From a virus (lineage: Duplodnaviria > Heunggongvirae > Uroviricota > Caudoviricetes), in IMG/VR virus record IMGVR_UViG_2630968543_000006: a DNA stretch of 33,147 nucleotides; one strand, 5' to 3'. How positions within the stretch are numbered: position 1 is the first letter of the stretch; each line of letters opens with the position of its first letter. Below are positions 9,617-23,673 of this stretch, piece by piece. Position numbers and translations under genes: made by a program. The notes below the pieces were generated by a model. That model worked only from the letters and a program-made list of their open reading frames with translations. It was not told where the DNA came from and did not search any database.

Positions 9617-10257
9617 TTGTCGGTATACCTCTCTCGTTTGCTCAGTTGTTCAGGAATATGGTGCAACAGCTCGCCATCACCACAGTAAATGGCGGCATGA
9701 TTCGGCACCGATGAACCAAAACAGCACAGCAGCACATCGCCCGGTTGTGCTGATGACAACGGCACCTGATACAGCCCTGTGGCCTCCAGATTATCCAGAT
9801 AGAGATTCTGACCGTGACGCCACCAGTCATCCTCGCGATGAAAATCCGGCATCTCAATTCCCGCCAGATGATAAGCATCCCGGAACAGCGTGTAACAGTC
9901 CGTCACCCCGTGCTCAAAGCGCCGCCCGGTGAGATGCGGCACACAGCGGAATTTATGAATCGTCCCCCGGCAGACCAGCCACCACGGCAAATCACTCTGC
10001 ACCTGCAGCCGCCGGTCAGCCTCACTCAGCCAGGGCAGACCACCGGGGTGGCTGTGGACCAGCGCCACAATCTCACCCTGCATCTCTGCCTGCAGCCAGT
10101 CCTCCGGAGCCATCCGGAAATAATCCTCCGGCTCACCGGAAATATTCACGCAGGGAAAATATCTTTCCCCCTCCGGCGCTCTCACCACGAAGCCGCACGA
10201 CTCCGCTGGCGCACATCGCCGGGCGTGCGCCAGAATCGCTGATTCTGTCTCTGTCAT
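9514..10257 (-). CDS. K: Tail tip assembly protein K (JAB/MPN plus NlpC/P60 domains)
   Basis: 247-aa ORF with ATG at 10257, 5 nt after the L stop. Contains HSHPGG (JAMM-like) and GVTDCYTLF (NlpC/P60 Cys) motifs. 3' end overlaps the start of I by 103 bp. Confidence 0.9.
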   Translation of the reverse strand: MTETESAILAHARRCAPAESCGFVVRAPEGERYFPCVNISGEPEDYFRMAPEDWLQAEMQGEIVALVHSHPGGLPWLSEADRRLQVQSDLPWWLVCRGTIHKFRCVPHLTGRRFEHGVTDCYTLFRDAYHLAGIEMPDFHREDDWWRHGQNLYLDNLEATGLYQVPLSSAQPGDVLLCCFGSSVPNHAAIYCGDGELLHHIPEQLSKRERYTDKWQRRTHSLWRHQAWHASAFTGIYNDLSAASICV

Positions 10258-10262
10258 GGTAT

Positions 10263-10961
10263 TTACTGCGAAAGTTTGTTAATGGAAAGGAAGCCGCCAA
10301 AATTGCCGACGTTATTGCGAAACTTACAGCCGCTCAGGCATTTGCTGCATTTATCCTTCGTGATATCGGACGTCGGCTGGTCATATTCATCAGCGACTGC
10401 CGGACCGTGATAACCGCACTCATCGCCGCGATAGGTCCAGGTGCAGGTGTTGGCCAGCATGATACGCCCCGGAAAAACAGCGCCATCCGTTTCCGTCGGC
10501 GTGGACAGTACAAAGGAGGCACTCACCGCGCTCAGTTCGCTGCACTGCTCGATGCGCCAGCGGCTGATCACCTCCTGCTCCGGATCGGCGTCACTGTTTC
10601 CGTTGACGAAGTTCACCGCATCCAGAAAACGGGCGTAAACCTTACGCCGGACCACCGTTCCGCCGACCAGACTCTGCAGATCTTCCACCATACCGGTGAC
10701 CATACCGTACAGGTTAGAAACCGTCAGCGTGGGGCGCGTACTGGTGCCTTTGCCATTCAGTTCAAAACCACTCCCCTGAATGGGATACGGCTGATACTGT
10801 CGCCCCTGCCAGGTGACCGGCTCACCTTTTTCGTTCTGCTCATTACAGAAAAAATAACGTTCTCCACCGACCTCTGTCAGGTCGATTTCCCAGAGCACCA
10901 CGCTGGCCGACTGCTCCGCACGGGTGCATTCATTCAGTGTTTCCTGCCGGATATCCTGCAT
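10263..10961 (-). CDS. L: Tail tip assembly protein L
   Basis: 232 aa, same length as lambda gpL; C-terminal Cys cluster CSKCLSGCKF; lambda order. Confidence 0.93.
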   Translation of the reverse strand: MQDIRQETLNECTRAEQSASVVLWEIDLTEVGGERYFFCNEQNEKGEPVTWQGRQYQPYPIQGSGFELNGKGTSTRPTLTVSNLYGMVTGMVEDLQSLVGGTVVRRKVYARFLDAVNFVNGNSDADPEQEVISRWRIEQCSELSAVSASFVLSTPTETDGAVFPGRIMLANTCTWTYRGDECGYHGPAVADEYDQPTSDITKDKCSKCLSGCKFRNNVGNFGGFLSINKLSQ

Positions 10962-11290
10962 CAGTTCACCACCTGTTCAAACTCTGCGCTGAACTCAACA
11001 CGCAGCATACTGACCCGCGACGACCATTTTGCGCAGGTCACCTTTATCTGCCGCCACTCATAAGGCGGCGTCCACAGAAAGGCTTTCCAGCCCCCGTGCT
11101 CTTCCAGAAACGACTCCAGTACCGTGGCCTCCTCACGGGGGACAGAAAGCGTCACGCTGTACGTTTTCAGGTTGGCATTCAGCCCGGCAGGCGCTCGCTG
11201 GGAATAGCCATCACCAAAGCGCACCTTTCTTACAGAAGGGGCCGAAGCCACATCCATACCGGGTTTCACTTTCCAGCGGAAGGTTTTCAT
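10961..11290 (-). CDS. M: Tail tip protein M
   Basis: 109 aa, MKTFRWKVKPGMDVASAPSVRKVRFGDGYSQRAPAGLNANLKTYSVTLSV... matches lambda gpM; overlaps the H stop. Confidence 0.93.
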   Translation of the reverse strand: MKTFRWKVKPGMDVASAPSVRKVRFGDGYSQRAPAGLNANLKTYSVTLSVPREEATVLESFLEEHGGWKAFLWTPPYEWRQIKVTCAKWSSRVSMLRVEFSAEFEQVVN

Positions 11291-13842
11291 CGTCCACCTC
11301 CGGAGAACAGGCCACCATCACGCATCTGTGTCTGAATTTCATCACGGGCACCCTTGCGGGCCATGTCATACACTGCCTTCATCATCTGTGGACCTGGCAG
11401 ACCATTCGTACCGTCGTTCTGAATCACCACGTGATTGTTCTGATTAAAATTAATGCCTTCAGCCCGCCGCATCTGCGCCGGACTTCCGGCACCGCCCACA
11501 TAACCACCTTCCGCATAGCCCCGCATCAGGCGGTACAGGTTGCCGACACCAATCCGGCTGGTAGCCTCCTTCGTGAAGACAAATTCACCACGATGAACAA
11601 TCCCCGCTGGCTCATATTTGCCGCCGGTTCCCGTAAATCCTCCGGTCGCAAAATGGAATTTCGCCGCAGCTGCCTGAATGGCTGTACCGCCTGACGCGGA
11701 TTCGCCGCCACCAACAGCACCGCCAATGGCGCTGCCGATACTCCCGACAATCCCCACCATTGCCTGCTTAAGCAGAATTTCTGTCATCATGGACAGCACG
11801 GAACGGGTGAAGCTGCGCCAGTTCTGCTCACTGCCGGTCAGCATCGCCGCCATATTCTGCGCAATACCATCAAAGGTCTGCGTGGCTGCACTTTTAACCT
11901 GCAACATACTGTCCGTGGCACTCTCTTTCCACTCGCTCCAGCCGGACCTGAGGCCTGCCATCCAGCTCCCGCGAAGCAGGTCTTCAGCCGCCCAGGTCTT
12001 TTTCTGCTCTGACATGACGTTATTCAGCGCCAGAGGATTATCGCCATACTGTTCCTTCAGGCGCTGTTCCGTGGCTTCCCGTTCTGCCTGCCGGTCAGTC
12101 AGCCCCCGGCTTTTCGCATCAATAGCGGCCCGTTTTGCCCGTTGCTGCTGTGCGAATTTATCCGCTTGCTGCGCCAGCGCGTTCAGGCGCTCCTGATACG
12201 TGACCTTATCGCCAAGTGCAGCCAGCTGGCGTTTGTACTCCAGCGTCTCATCTTTATGCGCCAGCAGGGATTTCTCCTGTGCGGACAGCTGGCGACGTTG
12301 TGCCGCCTCCTCCAGTACCGCGAACTGACTTTCTGCCTTCCACAAATCCCGGCGCTGCTGGCTGATTTTCTCATTCGCTCCGGCATGCTTCTCCAGCGTC
12401 CGGAGTTCTGCCTGAAGCGTCAGCAGGGCAGCATGAGCACTGTCTTCCTGACGATCGCCCGCAGACACCTTCACGCCGGACGGCTTTTTCTGCGTCGACT
12501 CATAATCCTTTTTCGCCGCCGCCATCAGCGTGTTGTAATCCGCCTGCAGGATTTTCCCGTCTTTCAGTGCCTTGTTCAGTTCTTCCTGACGGGCGGTATA
12601 TTTCTCCAGCGGCGTCTGCAGCCGTTCGTAAGCCTTCTGCGCCTCTTCGGTATATTTCAGCCGTGACGCTTCGGTATCGCTCTGCTGCTGCGCATTTTTG
12701 TCCTGTTGAGTCTGCTGCTCAGCCTTCTTTCGGGCGGCTTCAAGCGCAAGACGGGCCTTTTCACGATCATCCCAGTAACGCGCCCGCGCTTCATCGTTAA
12801 CAAAATAATCATCCTTGCGCAGATTCCAGATGTCGTCTGCTTTCTTAAACGCAGCCTCTGCCTTAATCAGCATCTCCTGCGCGGTATCAGGACGACCAAT
12901 ATCCAGCACCGCATCCCACATGGATTTGAATGCCCGCGCTGTCCTGTCTGCCCAGGTCTCCAGCGTGCCCATGTTCTCTTTCAGGCGGCGGGTCTGGTCA
13001 TCAAACCCTTTCGTTGCGGCCTCGTTCGCCGCCTGCAATGCCCCGGCTTCATCGCCGGAACGCTGCAACTGAGCAACATACGCAATCTGCTCCGCCGTCA
13101 CGTTATGGAACTGGCGTGCCATCGCCGTCAGCCCCGACGTCGGGTCTGTGGTCAGCTTCCCGAAGGCTTCAGCGACCTTGTCCACCTCCACGCCGGATGC
13201 AGAGGAGAAACGCGCCACACTCTGGCTGATGGACGCAATCTGAGCCTCACCGCTTACCCCCGCCTTAACCAGTGCGCTGAGTGACTCGCTGGTCTGGTTA
13301 AACGTCAGCCCTGCCGCCTGCCCGGCTCTGGACAGGACCAGCATACGATCTGCCGTCAGTCCCGCCTGATTGCCGGAAAGGACCAGCGTTTTGTTGAAAT
13401 CGGACAGGGTTGAGTTGCCCTGATACCAGGCATACGCCAGCGCACCGGTCGCCACCGCCAGCGAGGTGGCCCCCACCATCGGCAGGGTGATCGCACCGGC
13501 AAGCCCCCTGAACATGGGGATCATCCCGCCGAAGGAGTCCTTAACCTGACCACCCTGTTGCAGCAGGATCAGCCACGGACTTTGCCCGCCTGCAAGCTGC
13601 GTGGCCACGTCGGTGAACTGTGCAGGCAGCATACGCATGGCGGCTTTATACTGCCCGACGGAAATCCCCGCTTTCTGTGCAGCCAGCGCCTGTCGGCTCA
13701 GCGACTGTTCAACGACTGCCGCTGTTTTTTTCGCATCACTTTCCGTACCGGAAAAATGACGCCTGACTCTGGCCATCTGCTCGTCAAATCTGGCCGCATC
13801 CAGACTCAAATCAACGACCAGATCGCCTACCGGTTCAGCCAT
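11287..13842 (-). CDS. H: Tail tape measure protein H
   Basis: 851 aa (lambda gpH is 853 by recall). Extended coiled-coil region and Gly-rich C-terminus; lambda position. Confidence 0.95.
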   Translation of the reverse strand: MAEPVGDLVVDLSLDAARFDEQMARVRRHFSGTESDAKKTAAVVEQSLSRQALAAQKAGISVGQYKAAMRMLPAQFTDVATQLAGGQSPWLILLQQGGQVKDSFGGMIPMFRGLAGAITLPMVGATSLAVATGALAYAWYQGNSTLSDFNKTLVLSGNQAGLTADRMLVLSRAGQAAGLTFNQTSESLSALVKAGVSGEAQIASISQSVARFSSASGVEVDKVAEAFGKLTTDPTSGLTAMARQFHNVTAEQIAYVAQLQRSGDEAGALQAANEAATKGFDDQTRRLKENMGTLETWADRTARAFKSMWDAVLDIGRPDTAQEMLIKAEAAFKKADDIWNLRKDDYFVNDEARARYWDDREKARLALEAARKKAEQQTQQDKNAQQQSDTEASRLKYTEEAQKAYERLQTPLEKYTARQEELNKALKDGKILQADYNTLMAAAKKDYESTQKKPSGVKVSAGDRQEDSAHAALLTLQAELRTLEKHAGANEKISQQRRDLWKAESQFAVLEEAAQRRQLSAQEKSLLAHKDETLEYKRQLAALGDKVTYQERLNALAQQADKFAQQQRAKRAAIDAKSRGLTDRQAEREATEQRLKEQYGDNPLALNNVMSEQKKTWAAEDLLRGSWMAGLRSGWSEWKESATDSMLQVKSAATQTFDGIAQNMAAMLTGSEQNWRSFTRSVLSMMTEILLKQAMVGIVGSIGSAIGGAVGGGESASGGTAIQAAAAKFHFATGGFTGTGGKYEPAGIVHRGEFVFTKEATSRIGVGNLYRLMRGYAEGGYVGGAGSPAQMRRAEGINFNQNNHVVIQNDGTNGLPGPQMMKAVYDMARKGARDEIQTQMRDGGLFSGGGR

Positions 13843-14673
13843 ACCGGACTCCTCCTGCGATCCCTTCTGATACTGTCATCAGCATTACGTCATCCTCCGT
13901 CATGTCCGCCACATCCGGGGAAGCGGGGATAACTTCATTCCCGTCCGGGCCAAAACGAACGCCTCCGGCAAGCCCTGCCGCTTTCTGCATCAGCACATCA
14001 TCTTCAGGCTCTTCGTCAGCCTCGCGCCGGTTCAGCAGACTGAAATCCAGCGGATGCATATCCGGATCGCTGAAAAACAGGCTGAGTACGGTGTACGTCA
14101 GCCCGGAAAAGTGCATATCCAGCAGAACATCATGAAAATAATGGGTACTGTAAAAGCGGTGCCAGTCGGCATACTCCGTGGATGACATCCCGGCAAGCAT
14201 GGCGCGCCAGTCGGGTCGCCCCATCTCACGCGCCAGTTTCAGGGCAAAACTCAGCTCACCGTCGAACACTTTCCCGCAGAAACAGGCTCTGCAGGCCCGG
14301 CGTCCTCTGCCTGTTCAGGGGCATTATTCACCACAAACTCAGACATTCCGGACAGACGTAACACCACGTTTTCAGCCTGAGCAATTGCCTCCGTGGGCCA
14401 GGCGGTAAGCACTTCCTGCTCAATCTGCGTAATGGCTTCATTCATGGACGGCAGCTTTGTCTTCTGTGGATGGTTATGCCACAGAGACATCGCCACCAGA
14501 AACGCCCCGCCTCTGATAAGCGCCTCTACAGACACCTGCAGGTTGCCACTGGATTCAGCCTTTTTTTCCTGCTCTTTCAACCAGGCAAGATGCTCAATAC
14601 GCTGCAGGGCTGACAGTTCAGAAAGCGTGACGGTCACGCCGTTATGTTCAAATGATTCGGTTTTCAGGAACAT
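13835..14673 (-). CDS. T: G-T fusion made by programmed -1 ribosomal frameshift (T frame 13835-14275)
   Basis: The -1 frame after the slippery heptamer encodes VFDGELSFALKLAREMGRPDWRAMLAGMSSTEYADWHRF..., matching lambda gpT. The T frame has no start codon of its own in the lambda arrangement. Confidence 0.85.
14251..14673 (-). CDS. G: Tail assembly chaperone G
   Basis: 140 aa, MFLKTESFEHNGVTVTLSELSALQRIEHLAWLKEQ... matches lambda gpG; ends ...VSAGKCSTVS just after the slippery site. Confidence 0.95.
   Translation of the reverse strand: MFLKTESFEHNGVTVTLSELSALQRIEHLAWLKEQEKKAESSGNLQVSVEALIRGGAFLVAMSLWHNHPQKTKLPSMNEAITQIEQEVLTAWPTEAIAQAENVVLRLSGMSEFVVNNAPEQAEDAGPAEPVSAGKCSTVS
14269..14275 (-). 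promoter_or_regulatory. Slippery heptamer G GGA AAG for the G-T -1 frameshift
   Basis: Plus 14269-14275 ctttccc is GGGAAAG on the minus strand, in the G reading frame (..GCG GGA AAG TGT..), 6 codons before the G stop. Confidence 0.85.
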
Positions 14674-14688
14674 CGCTGACTCTCCGGA

Positions 14689-15429
14689 TTAACTGTCGGT
14701 GACGGTGATTTCTGCAACCGCAGCAAGTTCACCATTACCGGATACAACCGGAATGTTGACCTTGCCTGCAGCAACGCCGTTCACGGTGATGGTCATACCA
14801 CTGACCGACACGGTGGCTTTTGTTTTATCCGCAGACACCGCACGAAAGCTCTTGTCGGTTACGCCCTCCGGCTGGAAGGCCACGGTCAGCGTGGTGCTCT
14901 GCCCTTTCACCACCGAGGTGCTGGCAGGCGTCACGGTCATGCCGGTTGCCGCTGTTACCGTGCTGCGATCTTCTGCCATCGACGGACGGCCCACATTGGT
15001 GACTTTCACCGTGCGGGTGATCACTTCCTTCGCCGTCACCGCCTTACCGATACTGCTGACCCAGCCACGGAACACATCGACCGTGCCGTTCGGGAAGCGG
15101 ATTTTATAGGCACGGGTATCGCCTTCATTAAACCACGCCAGCAGCGCCTGCTGCCCCTGCTCTCCGGGCATCCACGCCAGCGTGAAGCTGGTATCTCCGG
15201 CAGATTTCTGCCCCTGCCCGGTCGCAGTCCAGTCTGCATCTTCATCATCGAGATAGCTGTCGTCATAGGACTCAGCGGTCAGTTCGCCGGGCGTCAGGTC
15301 TTTAACTTTTGCCAGACGCGACCAGTCAACGTCTGAAAGCGGATTCGCATAAGGGTCACCGCTCCCCTTATAAACCCACAGGGTGGTCCCGGCACCTTTC
15401 ACCGGCATTGTAGGATTTGGTACAGGCAT
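14689..15429 (-). CDS. V: Major tail tube protein V (with C-terminal Ig-like domain)
   Basis: ATG at 15429 gives [22 protein letters not shown]..., as in lambda gpV (246 aa). The track ORF extends 10 codons further upstream. Confidence 0.93.
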   Translation of the reverse strand: MPVPNPTMPVKGAGTTLWVYKGSGDPYANPLSDVDWSRLAKVKDLTPGELTAESYDDSYLDDEDADWTATGQGQKSAGDTSFTLAWMPGEQGQQALLAWFNEGDTRAYKIRFPNGTVDVFRGWVSSIGKAVTAKEVITRTVKVTNVGRPSMAEDRSTVTAATGMTVTPASTSVVKGQSTTLTVAFQPEGVTDKSFRAVSADKTKATVSVSGMTITVNGVAAGKVNIPVVSGNGELAAVAEITVTDS

Positions 15430-15436
15430 AGCGTCC

Positions 15437-15832
15437 TCACATTTCATAGGTAATGACATAAGTCATATCGGCTGAACTCCACAGGCCCGCATCATCGTCG
15501 CGCCGGTAGTCATAGCCACTGACCACCATACTGGTGATCAAATCTGACAGTGCCGGGATATCGCTCATCACCGGATAAATCCGGGACTCCATCCACGCAT
15601 CCAGCTCTGAATCCGGCACCTGAGCAGGCAGGAAAATTTCGATATGCAGCTCCGCCTGCCAGGTATCGCTGTCCAGCTCTTCGCCCGTGTATTCAGCGCC
15701 GGTGAGATAAACGGCAACTGCCGGAAAATCCGCCTCATCAAAAACAGCGGGGCGACCATCAAAAAACGTCGCCCCGGTGTCATGCTTCTCCAGTGCATCC
15801 AGTACGGCTGCACGGAGTTCAGTATGTTTCAT
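15437..15832 (-). CDS. U: Tail terminator protein U
   Basis: 131 aa, [43 protein letters not shown]... matches lambda gpU. Confidence 0.93.
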   Translation of the reverse strand: MKHTELRAAVLDALEKHDTGATFFDGRPAVFDEADFPAVAVYLTGAEYTGEELDSDTWQAELHIEIFLPAQVPDSELDAWMESRIYPVMSDIPALSDLITSMVVSGYDYRRDDDAGLWSSADMTYVITYEM

Positions 15833-16407
15833 CGCTTTATTACCATCCTCAGTTGATGCTGCAGCGCATAGCCCAGCTCTTTCGGAAGACGTTCACGCCG
15901 TATCCGCTCAATATTCTGTTTAAACGCCGTGGTCAGCGGCACCGCCATCGGGATTTTCACCACATCAATGGGGTAACGGTTTTTCCCGGCCACACGCTGC
16001 ATAACATGCCACCGGCCGTTTTTCAGTTGCTGAATAAACGCGCCGGGAATACGACGGTTACCCACCACAAGCACGCTGCCGCCACCTTTCAGGGATGAAC
16101 GCTGCCCCTTTTTACGACGCCTGCGGCGGGACAGGACAACCCGCGCATTACCCAGCTTGATTACGGGCAAATCCCCCCGGTTAACTTTGATTCTGGCCTG
16201 CGGATTTTTGACCGTGGCCCTTTTCAGCCTGGCCCTTTCCTTTACCAGTTTCCGGCGTACCTTTGTCTCACGGGCAACCTGTGACGCAGACTGCGATATC
16301 GCGGATGAAGCAACGCGGTTAATGGCCATTGCGGCGGCACCGGGCACCGCCGTTTTGCTGATACGGCTGAGGTTTTCAACGGCCTGCTCAAGACCTTTTA
16401 TGGCCAT
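15829..16407 (-). CDS. Z: Tail completion protein Z
   Basis: 192 aa, MAIKGLEQAVENLSRISKTAVPGAAAMAINRVASSAISQ... matches lambda gpZ. Confidence 0.93.
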   Translation of the reverse strand: MAIKGLEQAVENLSRISKTAVPGAAAMAINRVASSAISQSASQVARETKVRRKLVKERARLKRATVKNPQARIKVNRGDLPVIKLGNARVVLSRRRRRKKGQRSSLKGGGSVLVVGNRRIPGAFIQQLKNGRWHVMQRVAGKNRYPIDVVKIPMAVPLTTAFKQNIERIRRERLPKELGYALQHQLRMVIKR

Positions 16408-16418
16408 ACATCCCCCTT

Positions 16419-16772
16419 TCAGCGGCGACGGTTAACGGCAGGCGGTACGCCCCGTCCAAGCCAGAGATGACAACTTCCGCCATCATCCGGCGAAACCCGA
16501 TCTACCCAGAAATTTTCCTCACCGATGGTCAGCGTGTCTCCACGCCGCAGCTGCCGCACCTCATCAGTCCGGACAAACAGGGACGGGCTGGAGCCTTCAA
16601 CGCGCACGCCCTGTCCGGCATAGCTGATATTTTCAGGGTCATCAAAAACACCACGTATCACCGCACCTGACTGCTCACCGGATGTCATGGTGGCTGACGT
16701 TCCCATGTACCCGCGTATCGTTTCATCGGCGCGGGCAATGGCAGCATCGAACAGGTTATCGAAATCAGCCAC
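16419..16772 (-). CDS. FII: Head-tail connector protein FII
   Basis: 117 aa, MADFDNLFDAAIARADETIRGYMGTSATMTSGEQSGAVIRGVFDDPENI... matches lambda gpFII. Confidence 0.93.
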   Translation of the reverse strand: MADFDNLFDAAIARADETIRGYMGTSATMTSGEQSGAVIRGVFDDPENISYAGQGVRVEGSSPSLFVRTDEVRQLRRGDTLTIGEENFWVDRVSPDDGGSCHLWLGRGVPPAVNRRR

Positions 16773-16783
16773 AGCGCCTCCCG

Positions 16784-17182
16784 TTATTGCATTCTGGCCA
16801 GGCCGCGCTCTGTCATTTCGGCTGCCACACCGGCAGAGACACGAAACGCCGTTCCCGGCAGCACAAATGCCACAGGTTCATCCCGCGTGGCGTGAAGTGC
16901 ATCAGTATGCAGCTTCACCAGTGCCACGACCGTGACCAGTTCAGACGTATCCAGAATCACGGTATCCGGCTGCGCTGATCCCACCTCATTTTCATGTCCG
17001 GTCAGCACATTTTCCCGGCTGAGAGGGGTGTCCTGACCGGCAGTTTCATCCGTGTCATCAAGCTCCTCTTCCAGCTCTGCCACACGGAGCGCCAGTTCTT
17101 CTTTCGTCCCCGTCAGGCTGACATCACGGTTCAGTTGTTCACCCAGCGACCGGAGACGGGCAATCAGTTCATCTTTCGTCAT
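16784..17182 (-). CDS. FI: DNA packaging protein FI
   Basis: ATG at 17182 gives MTKDELIARLRSLGEQLNRDVSLTGTKEELALRVAELEEELDDTDE... (132 aa), as in lambda gpFI. The track ORF begins 13 codons upstream. Confidence 0.9.
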   Translation of the reverse strand: MTKDELIARLRSLGEQLNRDVSLTGTKEELALRVAELEEELDDTDETAGQDTPLSRENVLTGHENEVGSAQPDTVILDTSELVTVVALVKLHTDALHATRDEPVAFVLPGTAFRVSAGVAAEMTERGLARMQ

Positions 17183-17223
17183 GGACTCCTCCACAGAGAG
17201 AAAATGGCCCCGAAGGGCCATGA

Positions 17224-18249
17224 TTACGCCAGTTGTACGGACACGAACGCATCAGGGTCAGCCAGCAGCATCAGCGGTGCTGACTGAATCATGGTGAACT
17301 CACGCGCCGGATCGCCGGTGGTCACCCAGTTTTTCGGGTAGCGGGCAGAGGCGTTAATACCTTCGCGCTGTGCGTCCGCATCCTGAATGCAGCCATAGGT
17401 GCGCAGACCGCGTGCCTGAGTGTTCCCCAGCACCATCGTGTTGTCCGGCAGGAAGTTCTTTTTGACGTCGTTTTCCACGTACTGTCCGGAATACACGACG
17501 ATCGCCGTATCGCCATACATTCCCTTATAGGACACCGCTTCGCCCAGGTCTTTTACCGCTGTCTCCAGCTCGGAATTAGAGCCGCGACGGGTATCCAGCT
17601 TCTCCTTGACGGCTTTGAAGGAACGGAACAGCGCCCAGCCTTTCGGATCGAACACGATGATATTCACCACACCGCTGGCGTTCAGCGCGTAGGCTTCGAT
17701 ATCGTCGGTCGGGTCATACGTGGACTTGTCACGCTTGCTCCACTCCGTGCCGCCGGACTGCGTGATGTTATTCTCCTCACTGCGGCCCATATCCACCTCA
17801 ACCGGATCGAAGGCTTCACCGGTCATGGTGTATTTGCCCTTAAGCACGGCAGAAACTGCCTGCATCTCTTCGACCTGAGCAATGGCCAGCTCTTCGTCAC
17901 GCATGTTCTGCATGATGATGCGACGGCGGCGGTAAGCCGGGTCCGCCAGATTCTGCGGATCTTCATCCGGCAGGCGACGCAGGGTCATCTGCGGATTCAC
18001 TTCATGCTTCGGCTTGACATATCCCGGCGTAAATTCAGAGGTGGAGCCGCCACGGGAACGGATAACCTCACCGGAAACAATCGGCGAAACGTACAGCGCC
18101 ATGTTTACCAGTCCCGGAATTTGTGAGAGATAGACTTTCTCCGTAGTGAAGGGATAGCTCTCACGGAAAAAGAGACGCAGAAACAGCGGATCAAACTTAA
18201 ATTTCTGCTCATTTGCCGCCAGCAGCTGGGCGGTTGTGTACATCGACAT
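17224..18249 (-). CDS. E: Major capsid protein E
   Basis: ATG at 18249 gives MSMYTTAQLLAANEQKFKFDPLFLRLFFRESYPFTTEKVYLSQIPGLVNMALYV... (341 aa), matching lambda gpE. Confidence 0.95.
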   Translation of the reverse strand: MSMYTTAQLLAANEQKFKFDPLFLRLFFRESYPFTTEKVYLSQIPGLVNMALYVSPIVSGEVIRSRGGSTSEFTPGYVKPKHEVNPQMTLRRLPDEDPQNLADPAYRRRRIIMQNMRDEELAIAQVEEMQAVSAVLKGKYTMTGEAFDPVEVDMGRSEENNITQSGGTEWSKRDKSTYDPTDDIEAYALNASGVVNIIVFDPKGWALFRSFKAVKEKLDTRRGSNSELETAVKDLGEAVSYKGMYGDTAIVVYSGQYVENDVKKNFLPDNTMVLGNTQARGLRTYGCIQDADAQREGINASARYPKNWVTTGDPAREFTMIQSAPLMLLADPDAFVSVQLA

Positions 18250-18304
18250 AAAAAAATCCCGTAAAAAAAGCCGCACAGGCGGCCTTTAGTGATGAAGGGT
18301 AAAG

Positions 18305-18637
18305 TTAAACGATGCTGATTGCCGTTCCGGCAAACGCGGTCCGTTTTTTCGTCTCGTCGCTGGCAGCCTCCGGCCAGAGCACATCCTCATAACGGAACGT
18401 GCCGGACTTGTAGAACGTCAGCGTGGTGCTGGTCTGGTCAGCAGCAACCGCCAGAATGCCAACGGCAGCACCGTCGGTGGTGCCATCCCACGCAACCAGC
18501 TTACGGGTGGAGGTGTCCAGCATCAGCGGGGTCATTGCAGGCGCTTTCGCACTCAATCCGCCGGGCGCGGTTGCGGTATGAGCCGGGTCACTGTTGCCCA
18601 GCGGCTGGTAATGGGTAAAGGTTTCTTTGCTCGTCAT
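18305..18637 (-). CDS. D: Head decoration protein D
   Basis: ATG at 18637 gives [43 protein letters not shown]... (110 aa), matching lambda gpD. Confidence 0.95.
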   Translation of the reverse strand: MTSKETFTHYQPLGNSDPAHTATAPGGLSAKAPAMTPLMLDTSTRKLVAWDGTTDGAAVGILAVAADQTSTTLTFYKSGTFRYEDVLWPEAASDETKKRTAFAGTAISIV

Positions 18638-18646
18638 AAACATCCC

Positions 18647-19252
18647 TTACACTGGTGTGTTCAGCAAATCGTTAACGGCATCAGATGCCGGGTTACCTGC
18701 AGCCAGCGGTGCCGGTGCCCCCTGCATCAGACGATCCAGCGCAGTGTCACTGCGCGCCTGTGCACTCTGTGGTGCTGCAGCCAGAATGCGGCGGGCCGTT
18801 TCCACGGTCATTCCGGGGGTTTCTGCCAGAACGCGCGCCTGTTCTTCGCGTCCGTGAGCCTCCTCACAGTTGAGGATCCCCATAATGCGGCTGTTTTCTG
18901 CCGCAACCGCTGCGGTGATCTGCGCGTTCACGTCCGGCTGCGCCGCGCTGGCGTTTTCGCCCTCCGTCGCTGGCACCACGTCAGTAACGTCAGCCTGCGA
19001 AGCAGTGGCTGAAACAGTTGTTGATTGAGTCTCTTTGGTCATTCGCCCTCCTGAGAGACGGGATTTACGCGCATCCAGTGCATCACGCATGACGGTGATC
19101 GCATCGGTGCTGTTAACAAGTTCATCAGCCAGTCCGGCATCAATGGCCTCCTGACCGCTGTACACTGCAGCCTCGGTATCCAGCACAGCCTGCACAGACA
19201 GGCCGGTATATGCCGACACCTTCTGCGCAAACATCTGGCGGGTTGCGTCCAT
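18647..19252 (-). CDS. Nu3: Scaffolding protein Nu3 (in-frame internal start within C)
   Basis: In-frame ATG at 19252 gives MDATRQMFAQKVSAYTGLSV... and 201 aa to the C stop, matching the lambda C/Nu3 nested arrangement. Confidence 0.75.
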   Translation of the reverse strand: MDATRQMFAQKVSAYTGLSVQAVLDTEAAVYSGQEAIDAGLADELVNSTDAITVMRDALDARKSRLSGGRMTKETQSTTVSATASQADVTDVVPATEGENASAAQPDVNAQITAAVAAENSRIMGILNCEEAHGREEQARVLAETPGMTVETARRILAAAPQSAQARSDTALDRLMQGAPAPLAAGNPASDAVNDLLNTPV

Positions 19253-19946
19253 CCGGGACTGCAGTGTCTCCCGGACGTCATCCGGAAGATGGCTGTAGGG
19301 ATTGCCATCCACCTTATGGCTGCCGCTGTAAATCAGCGTGATTTCCACACCCTGTTTCTCCAGGGCAGCACCGTAATTACTGTGAGCCATCATGACGCCG
19401 ATGGAGCCTGTCCGGGCGGTCTGCGTGACCAGACGCCGGGAGGCGGCACTGGCAAGCAGCTGACCTGCACTGCAGTTCATGTCGTTGGCCAGCGCCCATA
19501 CCGGTTTTATGTCACGCACACGGGCGATGATGTCAGCGCAGTCAAATGCCCCCGCCACCATTCCGCCTGGCGTGTCCATATCCAGCAGAATGCCGTCCAC
19601 CATCGGGTCACTGGCAGCCTGTTGCAGACGGGCGATAATGCCGTTGTAACCGGTCATCCCCGAATACGGCTGCAGCGCCCGCGTCCGGCTGACCAGCGTG
19701 CCGGAAACCGGCAGCACGGCGATGCCATTCATGACCTGATAACTGCGGGCCTGTCGTGGTCCGTCATCATTAACGGATAACGCCAGCGTCGCGGGTGCCT
19801 CTCCGGCAGTCAGGCTGTCACCGGACACCGCATCCGTCAGGCGGCTGATCCCAAGCTGGCCTGCAAGCGCACAAAAGAAAACCCGCGCATAGGCGGGTTC
19901 AAGCATCAGCGGCTCATTAAAGGCCATGCTGGCAATATGCGGGAGA

Positions 19947-19966
<20 letters not shown>
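18647..19966 (-). CDS. C: Capsid maturation protease / scaffold protein C
   Basis: 439 aa from GTG at 19966, preceded by AGGAGG; VTAELRNLPHIASMAFNEPLMLEPAYARVFFCALAGQLGIS... matches lambda gpC. Start overlaps the B stop as in lambda. Confidence 0.93.

Positions 19967-23647
<3,681 letters not shown>

Positions 23648-23673
<26 letters not shown>

Noticed and set aside
11029-13284. Several 130-220-aa plus-strand ORFs
   Set aside because: All are antisense to the tape-measure gene H and Pro/Arg/Ser-rich; typical spurious ORFs opposite a GC-rich gene.
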